Origin: Alphaproteobacteria bacterium
GTDB taxonomy: Bacteria; Pseudomonadota; Alphaproteobacteria; Bin95
Direction of reading: 5' to 3'
NCBI GenBank assembly: GCA_963665325.3
Contig: CAXXWS020000002.1
Coordinates: forward strand, 576,001 to 640,000
DNA: 64,000 bases
Position numbers and translations under genes: made by a program
Shown: positions 38,901 through 47,385 of the stretch, piece by piece
Layout of the letters: every line of letters starts with the position of its first letter
How positions within the stretch are numbered: position 1 is the stretch's first letter
The notes under the pieces: generated by a model
What the model was told of the DNA's origin: nothing
The model's database searches: none
The model's input: only the letters and a program-made list of their open reading frames with translations

Positions 38901-39066
38901 TGGCGCCGGCTTCGCGGACTTCGCCGGCGTCGAGGTCGGGATTGTCGGGGTCTTCGAACGAGGACATTTCGTCGATGCCGTAGCGGCCGGAGAGCTCGAA
39001 GGACGCGCCGGTCTCGATATGGACATTGTCGAGATCGTTGTGGGAGGTATCGAAGGGGCCGGCCAT
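35956..39066 (-). CDS. 1036-aa protein with two DUF2493/YspA-like SLOG modules and a duplicated C-terminal domain
   Basis: LDRLYKQHPDLVVIHG...GADAIAKEWA...RN...DGLVVFPG, repeated as LDAVHEKYPDMKLAHWG...RN...KGVIAFG. Confidence 0.8.
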   Translation of the reverse strand: MAGPFDTSHNDLDNVHIETGASFELSGRYGIDEMSSFEDPDNPDLDAGEVREAGASTAHIMEQARLYGATPGFDDPDTREVYDPEDAHDAIDRVMDLIATRIAPDGAPLEPDRTQLMWGIVHVLNAQAERLFRAASNLEPEIRDLQKAQDGNEISSLQLQRATERGWDLQGRAEAFERMRNTAAAGYQDHTGQIWRVREPRASTTSRTERHESPRLTMKDYTRARKYLARTQGTRVAIVSGLKPGRALVWATLDRLYKQHPDLVVIHGANSRGADAIAKEWAAANDVPMKAVAPDYKNHEGDAALKERNDRIAAEKPDGLVVFPGAGRGIPADLVRKIGDAGIPATRIENTAQLADASKPLLAGYRLEPGALAGAQEPNEDPSRGRDRTLNAATAAGAFQDTETAGSAFALAVQMLIHRVTPDGYQVADERENMLWGIANVIATQLKRVETELQQVRNDPDIPPAQRDAVASEIEVRKETFSTLFEQAKAIYREETLKPWQEQSFGRTQDVTNAALLESQSFLNHVDRRLHEAHYREGAVVAVAGDKLAPEVQDLHYAAVARTLDAVHEKYPDMKLAHWGNENGYDRLAAAWADANNVPQIPCLPDFSTHGKQAAPYERNSEMFRELQPKGVIAFGPAAGKLVVDMIDKAARLNVGVMKVDPAQDPSFRAASPDPATVQETRQAIATRYTDLIAAAGQQAEQLPYQKGFEDFRQLVNDTLSAGHQPEQFATRLEGLRETLDRHAECRDTVQHIAGRLDDACDRLDGLKEWAAENPGRAIETAPGFNTWLHDRDQALGAWNEARQNPNLESHLPLAPKEMAAHAERLEAPGLPTLFHDAALGRGDHASPEPVATSLERVSDLYRQTLDLVDRKAELLPYTPQFQELRATVQEAATACAGDPARSERLEALSAQLAGSEQRMSEIQFTSRDMSQACVKVLGFEQWSRDNARPVHEAPEFPAWRANADSLLERFDTQRNDPVLAPHLEHCSAARQANEQAAALLRDERFKAPVVPEVHAAAEQTRTRTVQQGASRAMSA

Positions 39067-39226
39067 GACGTGTGCTCCGGATGACGTTTCCTCTGGGGAG
39101 GCATCGGAGTCGATGGAAATTTCAGTGTCAAGAATCCTGACCGATTTGCGGGTATTGGCGCGTATCGTTGACGAGCGGGAACGGCGGGGAGTCTAATGAT
39201 CGCGGTTATGCCGGAGGGAGCCTGCG

Positions 39227-39547
39227 ATGGAGTTGGAAAAGCTGAATGGCGCGGTGCCGGCGGGCGGGGAACCGCTGTCTCCGGAGGAAATGGTCAATGT
39301 CCTGGTCGAGGGGATCGCACCGAAGGGCTCGCCGCTTGCGGGGGATCGCGGCCCCGTCCTGAACGACATGGCGAAGTTGTTCGACGAGCAGGCGCGCGCC
39401 GCGGTGGGTGAGCGGGAAAGCGTGGAGGGACCGGAGGCCTCGGAGAAGCTGGAGGCGAGGATCGCCGAGCTGGAGGCGATGAGGACAAAGGCTGCTACGA
39501 TGTATCAGGAAGAGACCGGGCAAGAATGGACGCCGGTAGAGAACTGA
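39227..39547 (+). CDS. Small helical protein, paralog of the helical domain of 35956-39066
   Basis: RBS GGAGGG; IAPKGSPLAGDR and MRTKAATMYQEETGQEW. Confidence 0.7.
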   Translation: MELEKLNGAVPAGGEPLSPEEMVNVLVEGIAPKGSPLAGDRGPVLNDMAKLFDEQARAAVGERESVEGPEASEKLEARIAELEAMRTKAATMYQEETGQEWTPVEN

Positions 39548-39677
39548 GGTTTGACGGGTAGCCTGAGAAACCCCTCGCGATTGCGGGGGTTTTGCGTGTT
39601 GACAAATGGTCTGTCTGCTGGACAGCGTCGCCGGGCAAGGTTTATGGAATGGCTTTGCATGCACTCGGGAGAAGGTG

Positions 39678-39959
39678 ATGGTGGCGTCTAGGCGGGATCT
39701 GGCGGTTAGAGTGCAGGAGAAGCTCGGTATTTCGAACGTGGCTGCTCAGCGGATCGTGACGGCAGTGGTCGAATCGCAGACGGAATTGCTGGTGGAACAG
39801 GAAGGGTTACAGGTCAGGGGATTGGGATCGTTCAGGGTGATCCATCATGCCGAAACGCGGGCCCGCAATCCGCAGACGGGCGAGCCGGTCGTGGTTCCGG
39901 CCGGCAAGCGGGTGAAGTTCAACCCGTCGAGCGTGTTGAGGCGTGCGCTCTCTGAGTAG
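39678..39959 (+). CDS. HU/IHF-family DNA-binding protein
   Basis: GLGSF...RARNPQTGEPVVVPAGKRVKF.PS. Confidence 0.92.
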   Translation: MVASRRDLAVRVQEKLGISNVAAQRIVTAVVESQTELLVEQEGLQVRGLGSFRVIHHAETRARNPQTGEPVVVPAGKRVKFNPSSVLRRALSE

Positions 39960-41568
39960 GGTTGGGGACGGGTTCCGGGCCGGATTCCGGTGGCAAGGAC
40001 GCTTTCGTCCAGTCGAGGAGCGCCAGGACGTTCGGGCGTATGCGCATGCTGGGCCGGCCCGGCTCATCGCCAGCGGAAAGCTCTATGGCATGCAGGAGCC
40101 GGGATAACCGGTGGGCGGCTCTGAACCGTGTGTAAGGGTGAGTGCTTTGCGTGTCTGCGCGGAGTTCTCTCGCCTTCGCCAGCAGTGTGGGTTTGAGGTG
40201 TTCGGATTGCGATGACGGAAGCCGGGTTGTGTCCGCTTCTGAAAGCTCGTCGTGCAGGATTGTGTGCTCGCGGTCGAGAGCCGCAATCTCGGCGACGATC
40301 GACGGAGGGGGGTCCTCGACGTCCTTGATGGCCTGGACCAGCCGGCGCGTGTGCAGCCGGTTGAGATCGAGACGCTTCTGCAGGTCGTTGCGCCGGCGGG
40401 CGAGCTCGGTGAGGGCTTCGCCGATTACCCTGTCCCATTTTGTACGCCGACCGATCCACTGCGCGAGGCGTATGGCGACCAGGGCGTCCAGGTCTCTCAG
40501 CACGAAGGTCCTTGCCTGGCACCCCTTCCGGCTGCGGCTGGTCGTGCAAGCCCAGCGGTCCTTGCCGAGTGAGTTGATACCTCCACCGCAATGAGAGCAT
40601 TGGAGAACGGGTGTCAGGGGTTTGGCTCCTTTCGGGAGCGCCGGAATGCCCGGGGGCGGTTTTCGGGATCGTGACGTAGCGATGACGCGGTCCTGGACGA
40701 CGTTCCACGTCTTGTCATCGATGATGCGGAGTTCCGGGACGATCCCGATCTCCGGTGTCTCCTCCGTGCATGGACGGGGCACCGCACGGCCCGTGGCGGG
40801 GTTGCGAACGGTGCGGGTCGCGCCGTAGACGATTTCCCCGATATAGAGGCGGTTCGACAGCATGGTCGAGCGGGCGTTCATGCCGACGAGGGTGTTGTGG
40901 CGCCATGTAGAGCCTCCGCTCGGCGTCGGGATACCTTCGGCGGTCAGAAGTTTCGCTATCGCCTTTGCAGAGGTTCCGTTGGCGTAGAGGCTGAATATCC
41001 TGCGGACGATGGCTGCCTGGTCGGGATCGATTTCGCGGAGGCCTCGCTCGACCCGGGAGCCGTCTACGCGGTTGGCGTTCCGGTAACCGAAAGGGGCCCG
41101 TGAACTCATGCGGCCGTTCCGGACGATGCCGCGTTGGCCGCGGCGGGTCTTTTCCGAGAGGCTTCGAAGGTAGATGGCGTTCATGGTTCCCTTCAGGCCG
41201 ACGTGGAGCTCGGTGATTATGCCTTCTTCGAGCGTGACAAGCGTTACCTGCGAGTAGACAAGCTGCTGGTAGAAGTCGGCAATGTCGCGCTGGTTTCGGG
41301 TTATGCGGTCGAGCGATTCGGCGCACACGGCGCTGTAATGTCCGTCGCGGCAGTCGTCGAGCAGCGACTGGATGCCGGAGCGAAAATAGATGCTGATGCC
41401 TCCGGACTGCCTGGCGTCGTAGTACTCGGCATGAACCGCGCCGGAGCGCGACACGACGTATCGAACGCAGTCGTGAAGCTGGTCGTCGATTGAGGTGGGT
41501 TTCTGTCGGGGGGAGGAATAGCGCGCATAGACAGCGGTACGCGACAGATTGAGCCGGTCGTGGGTCAT
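39919..41568 (-). CDS. Large serine recombinase (resolvase + recombinase + Zn-ribbon/coiled-coil)
   Basis: VYARYSS catalytic Ser, ESLDRITR, PFGY, LYIG, LRIID..W, CSHCGG...WAC...C. Confidence 0.92.
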   Translation of the reverse strand: MTHDRLNLSRTAVYARYSSPRQKPTSIDDQLHDCVRYVVSRSGAVHAEYYDARQSGGISIYFRSGIQSLLDDCRDGHYSAVCAESLDRITRNQRDIADFYQQLVYSQVTLVTLEEGIITELHVGLKGTMNAIYLRSLSEKTRRGQRGIVRNGRMSSRAPFGYRNANRVDGSRVERGLREIDPDQAAIVRRIFSLYANGTSAKAIAKLLTAEGIPTPSGGSTWRHNTLVGMNARSTMLSNRLYIGEIVYGATRTVRNPATGRAVPRPCTEETPEIGIVPELRIIDDKTWNVVQDRVIATSRSRKPPPGIPALPKGAKPLTPVLQCSHCGGGINSLGKDRWACTTSRSRKGCQARTFVLRDLDALVAIRLAQWIGRRTKWDRVIGEALTELARRRNDLQKRLDLNRLHTRRLVQAIKDVEDPPPSIVAEIAALDREHTILHDELSEADTTRLPSSQSEHLKPTLLAKARELRADTQSTHPYTRFRAAHRLSRLLHAIELSAGDEPGRPSMRIRPNVLALLDWTKASLPPESGPEPVPNPTQRAHASTRSTG

Positions 41569-41755
41569 TGTGGGTTCCAGTGCATCAAAAGCGGCTCGGG
41601 CGATACAATGACCCGGGCGCATGAAGAGACTATCGAATGCGAGTCCGTGCGAGGAAGCCGGAATCCACGGGTGGGCGCAGTCTCCAGTTGTCGCAGCCGG
41701 ACCGGCGATTGCTGAATTGCGCTGCGGGCGAAGGGCATCGGTCTCCGTTTGGGGG

Positions 41756-42472
41756 CTATCTGCGGGACCGGCGCCAGCCGGCGGCGCGCGCGTCGGCCTC
41801 GCTGCAAAACCAGCGTTCGCCGCTGGATTCGTCGATGCCGGTCCGCTCGTAATATTTGCCGCCGGGAACATGATAGATGCGGCCGTTCGAGCTGATGTTG
41901 CCCTTGATGAGGCATGCGCCGGCGCTTCGCGATGGCGCGGTCCGGGGTTGGCGGCCATGCCTTGAGGTGCTGCGACTTTGCTGATGGCGGCGCCAACGCC
42001 AGGGCTCGATGAAGGAACCGGACCACAAGCCGCGTTGCGCTTCGCGAGCCGCGTCCTCGTCAGGGACATAGCGCGTCGAGTAGCGACGGTATGCGAGGGC
42101 CAGGCCTTGTCGCACGAGCTCCTGCTGCAGGTCCCGGCCGTTGGCGAAGCAGGCGCCGATCGCGCGGCCGTATTTTCCGCGCCCGCTGACCCGGCAACGC
42201 AGCGTGTTGCGGCCGACGAGCTTGCGCATGGCCTGGGTGGCCGCCTTTCCGCATGCCCACTGGCGGCCGTCGCGGGAGCAGGTCTGACGGCTCTCGGGGG
42301 CGTCTATCCCTTCGAGGCGAATGTGTTGTCCGGCGACGGCCAGGGTATCGCCGTCGATGACGCGTACGTCGCCGATAAGTGTTTCGGCACCGGCGGGGGT
42401 GAGGCAGAGCAGGACAGCTCCTGTTGCGAGAGCGGCTCGCAGGGCAGAGAGCCATAGCGGTGAGATTGTCAT
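41756..42472 (-). CDS. Secreted thermonuclease (SNase-like) with C-terminal CxIKGN...WFC domain
   Basis: Signal peptide; VIDGDT, IRLEGIDAPE, KYGR, AREAQRGLW. Confidence 0.9.
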   Translation of the reverse strand: MTISPLWLSALRAALATGAVLLCLTPAGAETLIGDVRVIDGDTLAVAGQHIRLEGIDAPESRQTCSRDGRQWACGKAATQAMRKLVGRNTLRCRVSGRGKYGRAIGACFANGRDLQQELVRQGLALAYRRYSTRYVPDEDAAREAQRGLWSGSFIEPWRWRRHQQSRSTSRHGRQPRTAPSRSAGACLIKGNISSNGRIYHVPGGKYYERTGIDESSGERWFCSEADARAAGWRRSRR

Positions 42473-43350
42473 TGCGCGTCATTCCGGTGGCGGTATCGGT
42501 CTTGGCCGGTGGAGAGAAGCGGCCGGCGCCGTCTTCGTAGAATGACGGTCACATAACCTCTGCTGATGCCGACCCTGCCGGCGATGTCCTTGTGGGGTAT
42601 CCGGAGGGTGGCTGCGAAAACTATCAGGTCGTCGCGGATGCGGTGCCGGGTATGAGCCTCGCGAATGGCAAAGGCAGCCCGGCATCGGGGGCCGCAGAAT
42701 TTGCCGGAACGAGTCCTTGCCCGGCTGCCGCATTCGTTCGCGCACCAGGGCTTTCGGGCTTCGGTCCAGGCCTGCTGGCAGGCGGAACTGCAGAAGCGGC
42801 GGTGGCGCCGTGGCGTTGAGGCGTTGCAGCCTCGCGCTTCGCAGGAACGCTCATCGTCCGGGGCCGGTCGGACAACGACGTTCGAGACGGTTCTGGGGTG
42901 AATGCCGTGGCAGGATGCAATGCGGCTGTGCGGTGTGCCTGAGGCGGCATCGCGGGCGATTCTGCCGTTGCGGTCGCCGTTCGCAGCCGCCCAGTACCGG
43001 CGCGCGAAGGCGTGATAGCACGACCGGGAGCAGAACTTCGCGCTGCCCCGCTTCACGGGCTTCGTACAGTTGGCGCACTTGTGGAGATGGAGGCGCCGGG
43101 AGGCGACGAAACAGGTATGGGAGCAGTAGCGGTTTGTTGACCGGGGGACCTTGTTGGTGCAGCCGGGCAGGTCGCAGAAGCGCGGAATTTGAGTTGGGCC
43201 GCGGGGCCAGGTCCAGCCCTCGCGGCGCGCGATGCCGTAAACGGTGGAGCGCGAAAGGCCGTAATCCGCGGCAATAGAGGGGATGCTCTGTCCGCTCGAA
43301 ATCGCGCGGCTGATTTCGGCGTCGCGGGCGGCATACCGGCGTCTGGCCAT
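42469..43350 (-). CDS. Modular HTH-(ZnF)2-HTH-(ZnF)2-HTH protein
   Basis: Three HTH-like segments and four CxxC...[YF]C[SG]xxC motifs. Confidence 0.7.
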   Translation of the reverse strand: MARRRYAARDAEISRAISSGQSIPSIAADYGLSRSTVYGIARREGWTWPRGPTQIPRFCDLPGCTNKVPRSTNRYCSHTCFVASRRLHLHKCANCTKPVKRGSAKFCSRSCYHAFARRYWAAANGDRNGRIARDAASGTPHSRIASCHGIHPRTVSNVVVRPAPDDERSCEARGCNASTPRRHRRFCSSACQQAWTEARKPWCANECGSRARTRSGKFCGPRCRAAFAIREAHTRHRIRDDLIVFAATLRIPHKDIAGRVGISRGYVTVILRRRRRPLLSTGQDRYRHRNDAQ

Positions 43351-43351
43351 G

Positions 43352-43825
43352 TCAGGGCCTCGCTGTCAGGGCGGCGGGGCTGACGGGCGCCGGGCCGGCG
43401 CTGAGCCTGGTCAATATCTTCTGCTGAAGCTCCGGCGCCATGCGCGCGATCTGCGACAGTTCCTTTTTCTGGTCGGCTATGGGCGTGGCCGCCAGGGCCT
43501 TCTGGATGTGTGGGGGAATGAGCGCGGCGATCCGGATCATTTGCTGGACGGTTCGTGGCGTGCATCCGAGGTGGGACGCGGCAGCCTCACTGAAGCTGGG
43601 AGCGCTGCCGGCCGGAAAATCAAAGTGAGGGAATTTCACCTTTGATTTTTCCCGGTAGGTCGCGGACTGCCGGTCGCCGCCATGGCAGGCCTCGGGATGG
43701 AGCTGCTCGTACTGGGCCTTGGCGCGGGCCAGGAGCTGCGCTCGTTGCAGGATAGTGAGCTCGCGGTAGGACGAGCTGAGCGGCTCGAAGATCTGTCTTT
43801 CAGGATGAGGACGGCGGTTCGGCAT
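43352..43825 (-). CDS. ParB-like HTH-only paralog (lacks the N-terminal CTPase domain)
   Basis: RELTILQRAQLLARAK..YEQLHPE...GGDRQS...PSFSEAAA aligns with the neighbouring ParBs. Confidence 0.72.
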   Translation of the reverse strand: MPNRRPHPERQIFEPLSSSYRELTILQRAQLLARAKAQYEQLHPEACHGGDRQSATYREKSKVKFPHFDFPAGSAPSFSEAAASHLGCTPRTVQQMIRIAALIPPHIQKALAATPIADQKKELSQIARMAPELQQKILTRLSAGPAPVSPAALTARP

Positions 43826-44741
43826 TCTCTTGGGCCTTCATCAGTTCGAGCCAGGACATGATCTCCTGGCGTTCGTCTTCGTTCGCTTCGATCCAGAGCG
43901 TCTGGAAACGCGCAAGCGGTGTTTTGCCGGCCTCGGCGTTGCCTTCGGCCCCAGGCGGGAGGTCTTCGCCTTCGTCGGCATTGGCATCCGGCGAGGATGT
44001 GGGGTCTTCGTCATCGCCGGCATTGTCGTCCGGGTCCGGCCTGAGAAGAGCGGCCAGGGACCTCGGCTCCTCGTCGGCCTCGCGAAGGGCATCGAGGACG
44101 CGCCGCTGCTCCTCTTCCTCCATGCGCGCGATCTTGTAAAGGTCGCCTTCGCGATGGGCGAGCGCGCTGTGCGCGAGTTCGTCCTGGAGCTCCGGGATGA
44201 TGTTCTCGCCGATCTTGAGCGCGCGCCGGATCGTCCAGGGCGAAAACGGCGTGAAGCGCGCGGTCTCCGCCACGAAACCCTTCGGTCCGGGAGCGGCCTT
44301 GTATTCGGCGCTCTTCCGGTCGCCCCCTGGCCGGCTCTGCGGATAGAGGCGCTCGTGAATATGTTTGCGGCGGGCCAGGAAGCGCCCGCGGTCGAGCGCG
44401 TTGAGCTCCGAACGCATGAGGTTCTCGTCGATTTCGAGCAGGTCGAGCTCGTCGGCGGTGAGCGCGTCGAGGACGAAGGCCTCGATCGTTGTCTGGCCGA
44501 GGGAACGCATGGCCTGGCAGCGGTGGGCGCCGGCGACGAGCAGATAGCGGTCCTCGCTCAGGCCCCGGACCTGGATCGGATTCTGGAGGCCGTGCCGGCG
44601 AATGCTCTCCGCGATATGCGTGACGGCGCCTTCGCTGACGGTGCGAAGCCGGTCTCCGAGGTCGATGCGGTCCAGCGGAAGCAGGACCGTCTGGCGGGGC
44701 TCGTCCCTGAGGACCTGGTGGGCTGCCACGGAAGCGTCCAT
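43800..44741 (-). CDS. parB: ParB-like protein
   Basis: GLQNPIQV, LVAGAHR, EIDENL.R.EL. Confidence 0.85.
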   Translation of the reverse strand: MDASVAAHQVLRDEPRQTVLLPLDRIDLGDRLRTVSEGAVTHIAESIRRHGLQNPIQVRGLSEDRYLLVAGAHRCQAMRSLGQTTIEAFVLDALTADELDLLEIDENLMRSELNALDRGRFLARRKHIHERLYPQSRPGGDRKSAEYKAAPGPKGFVAETARFTPFSPWTIRRALKIGENIIPELQDELAHSALAHREGDLYKIARMEEEEQRRVLDALREADEEPRSLAALLRPDPDDNAGDDEDPTSSPDANADEGEDLPPGAEGNAEAGKTPLARFQTLWIEANEDERQEIMSWLELMKAQENAEPPSSS

Positions 44742-44923
44742 TACGCAGTCTCCCCGGGTTCGGGACCGGAAGGGTCTGGGCCTTCGCTTGTCGGATGCAG
44801 CCGGTCGTAGAGTTCCTTGCGCCTGGCGATGAGCCGGGCGCGGTCGAGGGCCGTTAGATCTTCGCGGTTCAGGCGCCGGTCGACCTCCGCGATGGCCTGG
44901 GCGTCGGGTAAGGAGGAACCCAT
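44741..44923 (-). CDS. 60-aa mini-ParB fragment
   Basis: Coupled on both sides (TGATG, TAATG); EVDRRLNREDLTALDRARLIARRKELYDRLHP. Confidence 0.7.
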   Translation of the reverse strand: MGSSLPDAQAIAEVDRRLNREDLTALDRARLIARRKELYDRLHPTSEGPDPSGPEPGETA

Positions 44924-45834
44924 CACTCGCCTCCCTGCAGGTCCAGCCACTCACGGAACTCGGTGCGCTCAAGCTCGGAACACTTGATCCAGACCTTCTT
45001 CAGGCGGTCGACATTGGTGGGCGGAGGTGGCGGGGTGGCGACTGGGTCCTTCTGCAAGGCCGCGAGGCTCTTGGGAGGTGTCTCCGCGCTCTGGAGGCGG
45101 GCGAGCAGCTGTTGTTGCTCCTCGGGCTCCATGTCGGCGATGCGGTAGAGGTCGCCTTCTCGCTTTCGGATATGGGTGTCGGCTAGCGCATCCTGCAGTT
45201 CGGGTATGATGTTCTCACCGATGCGGGTCGCTCGCTTGATCGTGGCTGGTGAGAAGGGAGTGGACGAGGCGGTAGCTTCAGCGAAACTCGGAGGCGGTTC
45301 AGAATCAAAAGCTGAATTCTGGCTTTTGATATTATCCAGATATTCCAGGCTCTTACGGTCACCGCCAGCTTTTGTCTCGGGATACAGGCGCTGGTAGACT
45401 TGTTTTCGCTTGGCGAGGAAGCGAGCGCGGTCGAAGGGGTCGAGTTCGGCCCTGTAGAGGTTCTCGTCGATCTCCAGCAGGACCAGCTCGTCCTCGGGAA
45501 GCTCGTCGATGATAAAGGCCTCGATCTCTACCCATCCAAGCAGTTCGGCAGCGGCGATCCGGTGCGCGCCGGCGGCGAGCTTGAAGCCGCCTTCGTCGAG
45601 TGTCCGGACATGGATCGGGACCAGCTGCCCCTGTCGGGCCATCGACTCGGCAAGGTGTGTCGCTGCGTCGCTGTCGACGGCGCGCAGTCGGCCTTCGACA
45701 ACAATGTCCGCGATCGGGACGCCCATGGAGTGACGGGGGCGGATCGCGTTCGGCACCTCGACCTGTTCGCGGTTCCTGGACTGTTTCTCCTGGATGCGTT
45801 CCAGGGACCGGTTGAAGCTCGCGATATTCGACAT
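44923..45834 (-). CDS. parB: ParB-like protein
   Basis: GQLVPIHV, LAAGAHRIAA, EIDENLYRAEL; RBS GGAGG. Confidence 0.87.
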   Translation of the reverse strand: MSNIASFNRSLERIQEKQSRNREQVEVPNAIRPRHSMGVPIADIVVEGRLRAVDSDAATHLAESMARQGQLVPIHVRTLDEGGFKLAAGAHRIAAAELLGWVEIEAFIIDELPEDELVLLEIDENLYRAELDPFDRARFLAKRKQVYQRLYPETKAGGDRKSLEYLDNIKSQNSAFDSEPPPSFAEATASSTPFSPATIKRATRIGENIIPELQDALADTHIRKREGDLYRIADMEPEEQQQLLARLQSAETPPKSLAALQKDPVATPPPPPTNVDRLKKVWIKCSELERTEFREWLDLQGGE

Positions 45835-45850
45835 GGGGTCCTCCGGTCTT

Positions 45851-46510
45851 TCAGCTGGGCCGGGCGATGACCGAGAGCGCCGGCTCCGGCCAGGTTTCGA
45901 CGGTGCGGAAGAGGGCAAGAACTTCGAGGGCAGCGGGGCCGCCAAGCGCGAACTCGCTTACCCCCTTTCCGGCCGACATCGCTTGCGCGTAGGCGGCACG
46001 CTGGCGAAGAACGACCGGCAGAACGGCTATGCCGGCCGGTGCAAACATGGACTTTGCGGCATCGATCTGGCGGTGACCGCGCGTAGGCGCCGCGTTGAAC
46101 AGGATCGCTGGCGGCGTCTGGGCCATCTCGCAGACATCGAGGGTCATGGCGACTGTCGCCATGTCGACGGCCTGCGGCCTGCAGGGGACGATCACCATGC
46201 GGGCCATGCGCGCGGCGGTCAGCATTGAGGTGTCGGTGTGCCCGGCCGTGTCGCAGACGACCAGGTCGAATCCCTCCTCGCCCGCGCTGCCGATCTCCCG
46301 TGCCAGCCGGCTCGGTATGCTCGTCCGGACTTCGGGATGGGGACTGTCGCGAAAGTCGCTCCAGGTCACGGCGCTCCCCTGGGGATCGGTATCGAGAATC
46401 AACGCCCTCCTCCCGGCCAGGACAGCTTGGACGGCCAGGTTGGTCGCTACGGTGGTTTTGCCGGCGCCGCCCTTCTGGGCGACGATGGTGATGACGTCGG
46501 GTTCGGTCAT
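45851..46510 (-). CDS. parA: ParA-family ATPase (short type Ib)
   Basis: QKGGAGKTT, DTDPQGS, VVCDT. Confidence 0.92.
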   Translation of the reverse strand: MTEPDVITIVAQKGGAGKTTVATNLAVQAVLAGRRALILDTDPQGSAVTWSDFRDSPHPEVRTSIPSRLAREIGSAGEEGFDLVVCDTAGHTDTSMLTAARMARMVIVPCRPQAVDMATVAMTLDVCEMAQTPPAILFNAAPTRGHRQIDAAKSMFAPAGIAVLPVVLRQRAAYAQAMSAGKGVSEFALGGPAALEVLALFRTVETWPEPALSVIARPS

Positions 46511-47385
46511 GTTGCTGTTCCTCTCTGGGTTTCGTGCCTGGTTCGAATGATTCGGCCAGGGACGTGTCTTGTGGTTGCCAGATCGCGGATGTGCTCCACG
46601 AGAAAGCCGCGTTCGCGGTACTCGGTAACGACGAGGTAGGCGAAGGTTCGTGCTTCGGGTTCGAACAGATGATCCGGTCGAGGGCGCTTATGGAGCGACA
46701 CGCGGTGCCTGATGCTTTCGGCAAAGCAGGCGGCAAGAACGGCTGCAGAGGAACGCTCGCTTCCGATCATGGCGCGCGCGAACTCCCACGAGGGAATGCA
46801 GCGCCAGTCGCGGCGAACAATCTCCCGGGCGCGATACATGAAGGCGGGCCAGTCTGGTTCGTATGGATGGATGCGCTGGAGATAGGTCAGATGAGGGAGC
46901 GGGCCCGAATATACGAAACCGGGATGGCCGTCGCGTTCCATCCATAGCTCGATCTCGCCGTGCAGCTCCTTGCGGATATGCTCGACGGCATCGCGATAGG
47001 GATCGGTAACGGGCGCTGTGCTGTTGAAGGCTTCGGCAACGTGTTTCAGGAACTGGCGATCGGTGCGAAACGGAGGACGGTCGGGGCGCAGCATCGCAAA
47101 CAGCGCCGCGGCCGTTGCCATGCGCGGATTGGTGGCTTGCGACAGCTGGGCCCAGTCTGCGGGCGCGATGGTGAGTTCTTCGCATGCCAGATGCCGCGTT
47201 CGGTCGATGAGCCAGGCCCAGCCCCATGGAGCCGAGGGGCGGTCGGCATCGAGTTCCCAGCGGACGAAGCCATGGAGGTCCTCGATCTCGTCGAGTGTCG
47301 GCCATCGATTGCCGGCGGGATCGAGCTCGTGGGAGCTGACCGGCTCGAGGACGTCGGGGAATTGAGCGCGGTATCGCCGTCTCAT
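46507..47385 (-). CDS. Hypothetical protein with two degenerate RepC-C-terminal-like repeats
   Basis: ATGA-coupled to repC and parA; W..(L/F)...(A/T)R....L.....W..A pattern occurs twice. Confidence 0.6.
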   Translation of the reverse strand: MRRRYRAQFPDVLEPVSSHELDPAGNRWPTLDEIEDLHGFVRWELDADRPSAPWGWAWLIDRTRHLACEELTIAPADWAQLSQATNPRMATAAALFAMLRPDRPPFRTDRQFLKHVAEAFNSTAPVTDPYRDAVEHIRKELHGEIELWMERDGHPGFVYSGPLPHLTYLQRIHPYEPDWPAFMYRAREIVRRDWRCIPSWEFARAMIGSERSSAAVLAACFAESIRHRVSLHKRPRPDHLFEPEARTFAYLVVTEYRERGFLVEHIRDLATTRHVPGRIIRTRHETQRGTAT

